From positions 62,001-84,580 of the forward strand of contig CAJNYD010000314.1 in the NCBI GenBank assembly GCA_905331295.1: DNA of 22,580 bases. Direction: 5' to 3'. The notes below the pieces were generated by a model that did not search any database, had not been told where the DNA came from, and saw only the letters and a program-made list of their open reading frames with translations. Of this stretch, positions 9,701 through 20,806 are shown piece after piece (within the stretch, counting starts at the first letter, position 1; the number at the start of each line of letters is the position of its first letter). The position numbers and the translations under genes are program-made. The DNA comes from Rotaria socialis. Its lineage: Eukaryota.

Positions 9701-12394
9701 GTGGGCTAATGGGTTGTCTCTCTATAGAATAATTATTTTAAGAAAAGTTTTCATAAATAAGTTATCCCTTGAGATTTTATATAGAAATAAGCCTTATAAC
9801 TCTACCAATATATCAACAAAAATAAAAACAATCTTTCGAGCAGAAAATTTCATCTGGACGAAATATTTTTGACCTAAAATTCTATATTTAATTTTCTTCT
9901 GAACGTTTTGATTCCAAAGTAAATGTGTAAAACATGTCTAAGAGATCGGAGTTTTTGATATTATTGTTGGGAAATTTTTTTTTTAAATATAAACGCAATA
10001 TTTTAACTCAGGTTTAACAAAGATTTTGAATGAATATTTAGTAAGTGTTATTTATTTTTAATTAGATTTTAATTCAAAAGAATGTCACGAAGGCTTTGAG
10101 TTGATGAAAATACAAAAATAGTATTATGTCATGATGTTTGGTTGTATTTTGGTAAAACTATTAGAAAATTAATTTCATTATCATGTTTTTGGATTAAATA
10201 AAGTTAGAAAAAAAGAATTGATTAGTTTTTCGTTGATTCAAAATATCGTCAAAATCGTATTAGTGACATAATAAACTTATGTATTCGATTTCAATAACTT
10301 TCCAACTGCTAAGTATAGTATTACGATTGTTCCCTAGCTTGAAGACGTATAATTGCATCTGAACCTCAAAAGACCTCTTACTGTCATAAGGTTTGTGGGG
10401 CGTCTTTCAGGTGTGATTTTTGCATGTAGTTGAGAAATCCCCGTAGTCTGAAAGGATTCAATTATTCGATCATTAGTTTTCTCGATATTTTAGACAAGAC
10501 ATTAAAGGAACGTCGTCAAATTCTTACTGAACATATGGTGTCAATAGAAAATCGTATACTTCTTTCGGATTTGAAAACAGTCAATAAAAAAAGTGAACTG
10601 AAGCATTTAATCAACTTTACAATTGCTGAAGGACTTGAAGGATTAGTTCTTAAGGTAAAAATCATTGTTTAAAAGTGAAATCCAATATTTGAACAAGAGG
10701 CTTCATATTCAATTATATCGGAGCTCGTATTAAATCTACAAGGATCCTTCGATGTGAGTTATGATTATTCTTTCAGCAGACACATCTAGTGGTTCTCAGG
10801 AGTCAACTCTCCGGTAGACTCAATATTTATGTTTTTTATGCGAATCCCAAATCAGGATCGAATTCGGCTTCTTGATTTTTCAGTATACCTCTAATTTTCA
10901 GTAGACAATGACAATGGATCGTTCTTAACTGAATGAATTATTTCAAATTGCCCTCGCCGAGATTTTCTTGTGGATTCTAGTCGAGCTTCAAATACAAGAA
11001 TCACTTCGAGCCGTTTAGTATTTTCAATTGATTTTTGTTCTATAAAGAAAATTTATGACTGCTTCATTTTACGATCCTAGTTTTGACTTTTCGATGGTCC
11101 CTTGTACGTTTATCTAACTGTGCCAATGTCTTGTTCGGGCACAATATGATTTTATCTTTACGTTTTAGAATCCCGATGGAATGTACGAACCTAATAAGCG
11201 TCATTGGCTTAAAGTTAAAAAAGACTATTTAATGGATGGCACTATGGCTGATACAGCTGATTTAGTTGTGCTTGGTGCTTATTATGGCACCGGTAAAAAA
11301 GGTGGTTTAATGAGCGTCTTTTTACTTGGTTGTTACGATCCTAAAACGGATCAATGGTGTACTGTGTAAGTAACCGAGTGAAAATTTGTCGAGCATTCTT
11401 TTCATTCTGATTATTTTTCTATATAATTTTCAGAGCAAAATGTGGTAATGGTTTTGATGATGCAACACTAGAGAAACTTCAAGCTGACTTAAAATTTAAT
11501 ATGAATAAAATATCGAAAAATCCAAATCAAGTACCGAGATGGTTAAATATTAGTCGTGATCTGATTCCAGATTTTATTGTTGTTGATCCAAAACAATCAC
11601 CTGTTTGGGAAATAACTGTAAATAGTTCTTATTTTCTATTTAACTGTAAACATGATCGAATTCACTAAAACTAAAACTTCTCCTTTTCAGGGTGCAGAAT
11701 TTTCAAAATCTAAACAACATACAGCCAACGGTATTTCAATTCGATTTCCTCGTGTAACAAAAGTTCGTGATGATAAAACATGGAGAGAAGCAACAAATCT
11801 TAGTTATTTAGCTGAACTTTTTGAAAAATCAAAACCAACTAAGAGAGATAACGATGACGATGACGATGAAGAAAATCTTGTATGTTTATTTCAAACAAAG
11901 AAACAGCCATTGTAATATTTCTTTTTGTTCTACTATAGTTTCATTTTGGCGATACGAATGATAATAACAATAATAATAGTCCTCAAAAATCAACGCCAAC
12001 TAAACGTAAACTACTCGAAATTGATTCCGATGATGACATAGAAATCCAAGCTAAACCACCTAAAATCATACGTAAATCATTACCGAACAGCTTACTTAAA
12101 GTTCATTTTCCAAATATATTTGACAATAAATATATTTACTTATCATCATCATTACCAATGGATGAATACAATAATTTAAAACGGCACATTGAAGCATTCG
12201 GTGGCAAAGTTCTTTCTCCAAGAGATATTAACAATGATAAACAATTAGCTCGAGTAACACATTGTGTTGGCGTAAGAGATGCAACATTTGACAAAATTGA
12301 TGCAGCCAAAAAAACAATTGAAACCAATGTGACACATATATCATTGCCAACTGTTTATGTTTGGAAATGTATTGCAACTAAAACCAAACTTTAA
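6749..12394 (+). CDS. LIG3: DNA ligase III (alpha form: PARP-type zinc finger, DNA-binding, adenylation, OB-fold, BRCT); 11 exons, 932 aa
   Basis: Exons: 6749-7430, 7770-7922, 7979-8193, 8260-8440, 9154-9415, 9467-9585, 10494-10654, 11169-11365, 11434-11617, 11691-11879, 11939-12394. Total 2799 nt in one frame; all introns GT-AG. zf-PARP: CKKC...KGEIRIAKVTPSPFSE...HHVAC. Ligase motifs: I EIKYDGER (adenylated Lys), III ILDGE, IIIa FIFDCL, IV EGLVLK, V WLKVKKDY, VI SIRFPR. LIG3-typical PLPFGTLGVHKK and PVWEITGAEFSKS. C-terminal BRCT-like FPNIF...LKRHIEAFGGKVL...THCVG...VWKCI. Confidence 0.97.
8499..9043. mobile_element. Non-autonomous TIR DNA transposon (MITE), 545 bp, in LIG3 intron 4
   Basis: Left end GGTTGGCCGTCAAAACGTCGAAGGGACAAATGTCGAA versus reverse complement of right end GGTGTGCCGTAGAAAGGTCGAAAGAAAAATGTCGAA. 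Subterminal GTCGAA-type repeats point inward from both ends, and AAATGTCGA..AATATATTTTG occurs in both arms. Exact 8-bp direct repeat GAAAAAAA at 8491-8498 and 9044-9051 (TSD). Confidence 0.85.
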
Positions 12395-14607
12395 AAAGAC
12401 GTCTGTCTTCTGTAGATACTTTTCTGTTTTTTTTTTGTAAAGTAAAAACAAACCCGGCAGCTGTTTTTTTTTTGTCCTGTCGCATTTGTGAATACAATTT
12501 TTTTTGTGTTTAGTGTTATGAAATTAGTTTAACAAAATACAAGCTTATTTCAAAATATCTTCTTACGTTAAATCGAGTGCAAAAACAATACAGTTCAGAA
12601 TACAATGGAAAATCATACAAATCTAGATCGAATTTAAATGTTTTTTTCTTCTACATTCTTATTCGTACTCGTGGATAATTATTGAACGATGTGATTGTTT
12701 TGCGTTATTACTAGGTGTAATAAGTTGACCGACTAATATTCTAACGTCACGGAGTTCTACTTAAAAATTATTTCCTGCGCAATTGTTCTGCTCAAAATGC
12801 ACTCGATAAACGCTGAAAATTTTTACTTCAGGGGCACATCAGTTTAATCAAACTGAACGATTACACCGCCATAGAATGCAGAATAAATGGCTTCTGGCTA
12901 AACTGTTTCGCATTTTTTTCTTACCATTGATAATTAAATACGTTGTTAGTGCAATATTACATTTTGAAATACCTGTTATTATAATGCCCTGAAAAGTGGA
13001 TCTTGTTTTTTTCTCTCGGCATTATTTTTTAGTTATAATTTACTCATGTAGATAGTTCGATTTGGCGTGAAGTTAAACGACAGGACTGTAAAATAAGCTC
13101 TTGAAAAGAAAATTGTGCACTACTATATTCTCTAACAAGCATCCTTTATTGATAAAATTATTAAACTGAATAATTGATATGATTATTTTTTTTTCACAAT
13201 CTTCCTCTTCATTGTTGTCGTTTGGCCTATTCAATGAATATATGTTGTTGTTGATGTAAAGAGAAAATTTCTCAACAGTCATAAAATTATGATGAATAAA
13301 AAGGCAAAAGAAGAAAATTATAAAATCATTAGTATTTCGATCATCGCAAACAATGTGTCTCTTTATATTTCATTCATGTTGAAATGTCTTGAGGATTTTA
13401 GGAAATTAGACGCCAAGTTCCGGGTTTTAATTGACTGCAATGTTCACAGCACACAACAACTAGTATTGGGAAAAATAATTGCTTTTGCAAGCGAATAGAA
13501 TAAATTGGATGAATAGTGTTTGTGTCTGCATTAATTGAGATCCTAACTAGCTCCCTTTGAATGTCGTTGTTCAGTCTACCATGGAACAGGACATCAATTA
13601 AATGAGTTTCAACGATGCATGTTTGCAGATGCGCAGACAGTATCTGTGGGATGATGTATTTTTTGCTTGATTGATGATGCTACTTAGAAAAGAATAATTT
13701 CATACGCATCGTAGCTGTTTAGACGACGCACAGCAATTGAACTGCCGAGTCGTTAACATTTATTCCATTTTTTTGACTCGATATATTGAATGATTTTCTA
13801 TTCCATTTATTACCATAGCACCACATTATTTTAATGGTTCAATAGTGCATCTGAGTTCAAAACAAGATAAAATAAATGTAATTATTGTAGGTTAGCTGAC
13901 ATTTTTCTTCTTCTTATTTTTAATAAAGTCGTGCAAGATTAGTTAGAGTTTTGAATCTGACTGAATTAGTCCAAACTCTTTCAAGCATTTCAGTGCAATA
14001 ATCGTGCCATGAGAAGTATTTATGTGTTTAATAGAAGTTCAATTGTTTGTACAGAAAAATAAATGAACTTCGGTATTCGATTCTATTGTAAACAAGCGCA
14101 TTACAGTTAAAAAGTTTCTTCTAATCTTTTTGTTGCTTCAAAAGATATCATCTATATTAAGATTTATTAAGTAACTCTGAGAATATACTACAACAGTTTA
14201 AAGATCAGGAAAGGCCTGATAAAATTGCACGGTATATTACTGGTAATTTCAATAGAATAGTGTTCACATGATTATTAATGGGAAAATCTTACAGCAATAT
14301 GTAAATATTCTTCGTTACCTACGTAAAACCGTGGTAGCAGATCAAGCCTCATTAGGAAAATTGCATTCTATTTATAAATCCTTCTTAACAACAAGCTCTT
14401 TTCCTGTGGTGATCACTTTAAATAAGAGGCATGTCAAATCACTTCATTTTTATGTAAGAACCTTTATGTATCTGCACTCATGAGAAATTCCTCTTGCTGC
14501 AAATGTGTTTTGTTGAAATTTCTCAAGGATTATTTATTGTGAACAAAGAGCATATAAAAAGATATTCCGCAGATAGTTCTCATGTTCATGAATACAATCT
14601 ACTCTTA

Positions 14608-15140
14608 TGTCTTACGAGGGAACCTTTCCAAGTGATACCAACCGTTTGGAGTCATATTTTTCCCATAAGTAGGATTCAGTGAGACAAGAAAAGGTCTAAA
14701 AGATTTCGTACCATTAGGCCTTTTTTCAAAGTTATTANATATTAGAAGGTCGTAAAACTTTCAGTTAAAACAGACGCATTATCCTCGAAATACTGCATAT
14801 TGAAGAAAACGGGTCATTTTCTAAAAATTGCCGTAAAATTGCCTTGTCTCCAATGTGTAGTATTTCGAGGATAATGCGTCTGTTTTAACTGAACGTTTTA
14901 GGACCTTCTAATATCGATGAGACCTATTGTTAGGCAAAATTTCAGTCCGAAATTCGTTCATTCAATTTTTCCTTCAATTACTTGCTCAAGGTAAAAAATT
15001 CAGAAAAATGGTAATAACTTTGAAAAAAGTCTAATGGCACGAGATCTTTTAGGCTTTTTCTAATCTCATTAAATCCTACTTATGGGAACAATATGACTCC
15101 AGACGGTTGGTATTACTTGGAAAGGTTCTCTTATTAGGCA
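14608..15140. repeat. Long imperfect palindrome (foldback/MITE-like), interrupted by an assembly N at 14738
   Basis: 14608-14737 pairs with 15012-15140 (e.g. GAACCTTTCCAAGTGATACCAACCGTTTGGAGTCATATT vs reverse complement GAACCTTTCCAAGTAATACCAACCGTCTGGAGTCATATT). 14739-~14820 pairs with ~14833-14914 (TTCAGTTAAAACAGACGCATTATCCTCGAAATACT is exact). Centre near 14826. Confidence 0.9.
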
Positions 15141-17777
15141 GCAATACAAACTTGAAATTAATAGTGTGCGCATTTCAATTGGCTCATTTTCATGAAGTCT
15201 TTTAGGTTTAAGTACTTTGAACTAATCGAAAATGCACCTATAATGAATAGTTATATCAAGTTTTAAACGATATATGTCATTAAACATTAATAGAATCTTT
15301 TTTTCAAGTTAGCGCTTTTCTCCTTTCACTCATTTATGTCTTCGTTTGATTATTTTCACGATGCATCACTACTATTATTAATTAATAGGCGTTGCAGCTC
15401 GATATGATTTTTATAGCTTTGTTCTATTTCAAAAAAAATGATGCATGATTTTATTATTATTAAATCATACTCAATATAAATGGTTCAGATCTATATAGAA
15501 ACGCAACTTCTATAAGAAAAAAAAGGTAATAATAACATTCATATGAAGTCTTTTGAGAAAAAAAGAATATCTTTTTTTATTATAAAAATTTGTGCATTGC
15601 AATTAGATGAAAAAAAAATGTTGAGTGCTGTTTCAAGATGATGAAGTACTCTAATACGATTGAAAGAAAATCCTTCAGTATCGCATTGAAAAAAAGTCTA
15701 AATCCTTTTTCTAATTAATCAAGATTTAACCGAGACAAAGATTTCTTCAATAAAACCTCGGTTTGTCACATATTAGAAAACATAATAATGCTCTCTTACA
15801 GTAGAAAGAAAAAGAAACAGGTTTCTCCTCCCGCAAGGCGTAGTTTTCATAATTATATTCGCTAATATCTGATGTGGAAAAGATTTTTCTTAGATCCGTT
15901 TAATTTAACTTTATCTGAGCCAACCATTTCCTTTGATAATATCATATGCGTATTCTAATAAATGTAATGTTTGTTGTACGCGTGACTCTTTTTTTTAGTC
16001 AAAGGCGTAAATTTCTTCACGAGATAATTATGTGAACATGATAGTCGTATAATATAAGGTTAGCAGTATCTCGTTTTTCAGGCATTATATGTATCTATGT
16101 AATTAATAATGACCACGGAATACTCTGCAGTCATGAATGACAAGGTATGTCATTCGTTAGATTTTGTTGCCCTCGATAGAGACTGATTAGAAAAATATGA
16201 TAGTTGATATAAAAGTCAGACTAAAAGATTCATCTATTATATTAACTTTTAATAGAATTTTATGAATTAGTTTGGGATTTAATCAAGATCGACAGAAGAC
16301 CAGTAATTATTCTTGACTTGGTTTTTTTTATCTCGACATGCCACTCAATCAAATGTATGATTTTAAAATGCGTTGAAAGCAGACTCATTACCATATTTTC
16401 ATGTAGAGCCATTGTAAAATGCAGACAGCGAACAATAAAAGATAATTATTTCCTTTGTTGTAATTAAGAATAAGAAAATTAATCAAGATGGATATGATGT
16501 TTCTATCGTGTAATTATGCAAATTTATTATCTATATGCGTTGTACTATAATGAAGAAAAAAAGCAAACGACAGCGAACCACAGCAAAAAGTAAGTTCACT
16601 CAGTTCAGAAGAATAATCCTTTCTTTATGTCCCTAATATTTGGTATTTTGTTTAGTAAGTGAGTTAGAACAGAATTGACACAGTATAGTATATGTCGTCA
16701 TCTAGAATTACATGTATGTATTTATCGGAAGAAACAACTGCGATGATTAGTTATTTGGTTAAGAACAATGGTCGATAGATAAAGAAATCCGTTTATGTTT
16801 GATGATTCTAGGATTTTAGTTTTAATATCTATACTTTTGAACGGTGAAGTGTTTTAGTCTAATAATTGAGCTTTCTTCGCTGTTTTCTATAAACCAAACT
16901 GTCGGTCCGACTCGACTTTTAGAAAAAATAATAGCTTCATTAGGCAGAATAATGAGTGAGTTGAATACTGAGAAAAATCCTGCATTTATTTTGAATGAAA
17001 ATGTTGCTCTATTAATGAGAGAAACCTTTTTTTTCTAGAGATAGTTATTATATTTTTCAATTTATAAAAAAAAAATCTCTAGGTGTCTATAGAATTTTAC
17101 ACTTTTTAGTAGAACTTCTATTTAATTTTCATTCTTTTGCTTTGTTTTGCAGGAAGCAATAATTATGAGTTTTTCAAAACATTAAAAAACTTCTTGTACT
17201 TTTATTTGTAGTTGTCTTTGATCATTATTTATAGGCAATTTATCATTCGACTTTGTTGACAATGTAAATGTGGATTATGTTGGTATTGTACACAATTTTA
17301 AGAAAGTTAACTTTTTCCTTGTTTAACATAGATTTTTGCTACTGGTTTGTAGAGTTTATTTTATAATTCCTAGATCGGTATTCTATTATCATAATATTAT
17401 ACAAGTTGAATACTTTCACACTTTGCTGGATGATATAACATGCATTATATGCACCGAAGAATGTCATCATTTTTCTTTTGTTGATGTCTTGTAATAGGTG
17501 GTAGCTGTCTAATATTTTCTTCTTTTTCTTTCTTCGCTTTCCCTATTGAATTATAGAGAACGACAAATAGTGTCACGTTAAGAGGAAAAATATGTTGTTC
17601 TTAGTCGTCTTTCAGTTATCAATGTAAAATCAACCTGGTAACTTCATATAGAGAAGGATTTGATATCGATGGATTTTGTGCCGAGTAAGATTCGTTATCT
17701 TGTCAATCTTCTAAAAAAACATCTCGATGCCGATGATTCCATAAGACTAGCGATTCGAACAATAGATAATGTTTTAA

Positions 17778-17882
17778 GTCTCCCCCACCCCCGACTCTAA
17801 AGCATGCTATTTTTCTTTTAATAATTTTGATAAAAATTATCAAAAGAAAAATAGCATGCTTTAGAGTCGGGGGATGGGGGGC
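17778..17882. mobile_element. 105-bp near-perfect hairpin flanked by TTAA on both sides (tiny palindromic MITE)
   Basis: 32-bp perfect stem: CCCCCGACTCTAAAGCATGCTATTTTTCTTTT (17788-17819) pairs with 17842-17873. Then one mismatch, 8 more bp and a 4-nt loop GATA (17829-17832). C-rich/G-rich imperfect termini; TTAA at 17774-17777 and 17883-17886. Confidence 0.75.
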
Positions 17883-18087
17883 TTAATGTAACAAGGAATG
17901 GGCCAGAGCCTAGAAGAAGAAAAAAAAATGTTGGTTGAATGTCTAATAATATTTTTTTTTTGTTGTGATCACTCTGGATAAACCATTTATCTTTTATTTT
18001 AATTTTATCGAAACAAACTAAGTTGCTGAAAAGAAATTTTTACCCTACATTTCTTCTATTACCTTAATTGCTCTTTCCATATTCTAG

Positions 18088-18092
<5 letters not shown>

Positions 18093-18118
<26 letters not shown>
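18093..18118. repeat. (TA)13 microsatellite
   Basis: Thirteen uninterrupted TA units ending about 240 bp upstream of the 546-aa ORF. Confidence 0.95.
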
Positions 18119-18359
18119 AATATATGAATATTAGAAAACAAAATGCACTGTTCAACATGTTTTTGCAACCAAAATAATTATCTCAAAGAATAAGATGTAT
18201 GCATTTTAATTGCTAATTATAATAATCAGCATCATCATAAAAAAACGTCTTACTGTCACTCATTGAATAAAACTGTTAGTATGAAGTAAATTGGCAACTC
18301 TATCTGTTTTTGTTTCTTTCTTTGAAGTTATTTTAAATAGCCACAAACGCCCGTAATTA

Positions 18360-20000
18360 ATGGATAGTAATCAATTAGATCTTCATTCAGCACCTATTTA
18401 TAAATTATTTTTCGATGATATTGAAGAAATATTTCTCAATACAGTACCATTTCGTTTTCTTTGCATAGTATCTTTAATAACATGTATATTCATAATCGGT
18501 ACATTAATTCTTATTTTCTATCGAACAAAACAACTATTTCTAGCATGTCTTATACCGTTTATTTATGCGTTAGTTTTCTATGATTTTATTCAATTATTAT
18601 CATTAATTTTATTAAAATATAATGCAACTGAACAATTTTTAAATCAATTATGTCGTTGGCCATACTATTTGAAATCGTCATCGGATGCTGGCCAATGTTT
18701 AACAATCATATTTATTTTTATTTTGAGTCGTCATCAAATACGCTATTTCATCACTCATAATCATCTGCCCAATTCAAGTTATATTCATTCTCGTGCATTA
18801 GCATTCGCTTGTTTATTGTTTATTCTCTATGTTAATAATTGGATAACACATTTAAAAGTTGAAAAAGTTCATTTAGTAATATTAAATAAAACTGAACATG
18901 AAATTAATGTACAAGAATTACCCATATCCTTATATGCTATCGCACAAATTCAAGTACGTTCACATCAACGTTTTCTAGCTGATCTTAATCGATATTCTCA
19001 AGGTACAGAAAAAAATATGCTTACTCCAAATCAACAAAAAGTGCCAAACGATAAAATAATACGCAATCATAATGATGGGTCCATACATGAAATAATAATT
19101 AAATTTCCCTATGACTATTTATTTAATCCAGTAATAAATCGAACAAGGCGAACATCAGAAACTATTCAACCAAATCATACATTCAATTCACAATCCGATG
19201 AAAATGAATACAATAATTCATATCGTATAAGTCGTTGTACATACGGACAATCGAATTTTTTCCTAACAAATTTCCTTGGATTAATTAGTTCCATAGGTTA
19301 TTTTACATTGATATTATATTATTTAACAATTATTTATACATATAAAGTAACAGATTCAATGATCAATTATCACAAACAATTCTATGAAAAGTCATTTTCA
19401 TTGACAAGAAAAAATGCCGTCATACACCATAAACATTTTATATTGTTAATACATTTAAAAAAATTTTTGTATTTAATTATCTGTTCTCATACGTTGATTA
19501 CATTTATTCGTCTTGTTTATGTATGTTTATTAACAATAATGTTATGTTTTTATCAAACACCATTTCGTTGGTTACCTATAAAAATATTCTTCTATTCACT
19601 TTTTTTAATAAGTTATCTTTCAATACCAATACGAATGATTCTATTGTTTATCTATTGCTTTATAAGTATGTTTTCAACTCAGTTACGATCGGTGATCTAT
19701 TATTTATTCAATACAAATTTGCGTTTTTCGTGGAAATTAGAAAAGCCAACAATTTGTTTTCGATTACAATTCATACCTTATCAAGATAATTGCAAAGATC
19801 GACGAGTTGATCAATCAGTAGTTATTGACCTATCGTCATCAGTTATTGACGATCAATCAAATGTACTACCACAAGATTCAATGATTATGCCCAACGAAAG
19901 TAGTAGTAGCCAAAATGGCTTTACTACAGCTATTCTTACTGCACCAACGGCAATCGTCGATGAATCAACACCGAATCCATCTGCTATTGCTAAATTGTGA
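18360..20000 (+). CDS. Orphan 7-transmembrane protein, divergent rhodopsin-like (class A) GPCR; intronless CDS, 546 aa
   Basis: Seven hydrophobic segments at about aa 31-54, 59-85, 100-123, 146-163, 300-328, 369-398, 404-435. ALVFYD has Asp75 at the 2.50-like position. Cys98 tops TM3, with Arg124 (LSRH) 26 residues later. Cys293 lies just before TM5. FIYCFISMFSTQLRSVI resembles the invertebrate TM7/helix-8 junction. Ser/Thr-rich C-tail. The CDS itself is near certain; the GPCR call is inferred. Confidence 0.75.
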   Translation: MDSNQLDLHSAPIYKLFFDDIEEIFLNTVPFRFLCIVSLITCIFIIGTLILIFYRTKQLFLACLIPFIYALVFYDFIQLLSLILLKYNATEQFLNQLCRWPYYLKSSSDAGQCLTIIFIFILSRHQIRYFITHNHLPNSSYIHSRALAFACLLFILYVNNWITHLKVEKVHLVILNKTEHEINVQELPISLYAIAQIQVRSHQRFLADLNRYSQGTEKNMLTPNQQKVPNDKIIRNHNDGSIHEIIIKFPYDYLFNPVINRTRRTSETIQPNHTFNSQSDENEYNNSYRISRCTYGQSNFFLTNFLGLISSIGYFTLILYYLTIIYTYKVTDSMINYHKQFYEKSFSLTRKNAVIHHKHFILLIHLKKFLYLIICSHTLITFIRLVYVCLLTIMLCFYQTPFRWLPIKIFFYSLFLISYLSIPIRMILLFIYCFISMFSTQLRSVIYYLFNTNLRFSWKLEKPTICFRLQFIPYQDNCKDRRVDQSVVIDLSSSVIDDQSNVLPQDSMIMPNESSSSQNGFTTAILTAPTAIVDESTPNPSAIAKL

Positions 20001-20276
20001 TCTCAAAAATTTATCTTTTGTTGTCGTTTTTGCTTCTTGTTTTTTTTGTGCGAAAACAAAGTACTCGTCAATAATAAAAATCTGATTATATTCAGTCGAC
20101 AAACCCATAACTAAAAATAAGTTTACATGACATAGTTGGTGAAACCTTAAAATAATGTTATGTCATGTATGTTCCTATGTTCTATCGAGTACATTCTAGC
20201 TACTTGATTCATGGACACGATTGGACGATAATGATAAGCCGATAACGAACGAGTATTAAAATATCTGTTTATTATA

Positions 20277-20806
20277 TTTTTTGTGTACTCAAAAAACAAA
20301 AGTGAGTACACCACAGAATCGGTCAGTGTGTCCGGCCGTTTACACGATAGCTCCTGAAAGGCTTATCCGATTGTCATGAAACTTTGTACACAGGATGATC
20401 TCATCAATATCTCAGTCGAGTTTGAAGATGAGAAGGATCCGCCAAGAAATGGCTGAGTTATACAAAAAATGGTCATTATTGACCAGACCATCCCTGAGGG
20501 GAAGTACAGGGATTTTTCCAAAAACAAATTTTTTTCCCAGTTTTATTCACAACATATATAAATCGATTCAGTTTTTGCAGTACACATAACGATCGGATGC
20601 AAATCCGATGTTTCCGCATTTATTTATGCCTCTACAAATGGCATGAGTTCTTTAAATAATCACAGAATTATTAGTAATTATTTGTGAAAAGAAAATAATA
20701 AAATGACTAAAGTGAGAAAATAACATAACTAATCTCTGTTATTCAAGGGGGTCATTATATGTTGCTTATTCTCTGAGTACAAAATAGAAACGCGTGCTCT
20801 ACAATT
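20277..20806 (+). mobile_element. Non-autonomous Helentron-associated element (HINE/DINE-1-like), apparently full length, ~530 bp
   Basis: 5' T-run then subTIR TTGTGTACTCA (20281-20291). Nearby inverted copy GAGTACAC (20304-20311) can form a 5' stem. Core TGTCCGGCCGTTTACACGATAGCTC...CCGATTGTCATGAAACTTTGTACAC...GAGTTTGAAGATGAG...AATGGCTGAGTTAT resembles invertebrate HINE cores as I recall them. 3' subTIR TGAGTACAAAA (20774-20784, 10/11 match) is followed at once by an imperfect hairpin TAGAAACGCGTGCTCTA (20785-20801). No TSD seen. Confidence 0.72.

Noticed and set aside
13073..14682. ORFs of 62-71 aa in the LIG3-GPCR intergenic region
   Set aside because: Compositionally biased with no domain signal and no consistent splice pattern; 14494-14682 runs into the foldback repeat.
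19523..19789. 88-aa alternative-frame ORF within the GPCR gene
   Set aside because: A same-strand shadow of AT-rich transmembrane codons with no independent support.
1..20000. GH5, ALDH6A1, LIG3 and the GPCR as one functional gene cluster
   Set aside because: Unrelated pathways, mixed orientations and no shared regulatory motif seen; ordinary eukaryotic neighbours.
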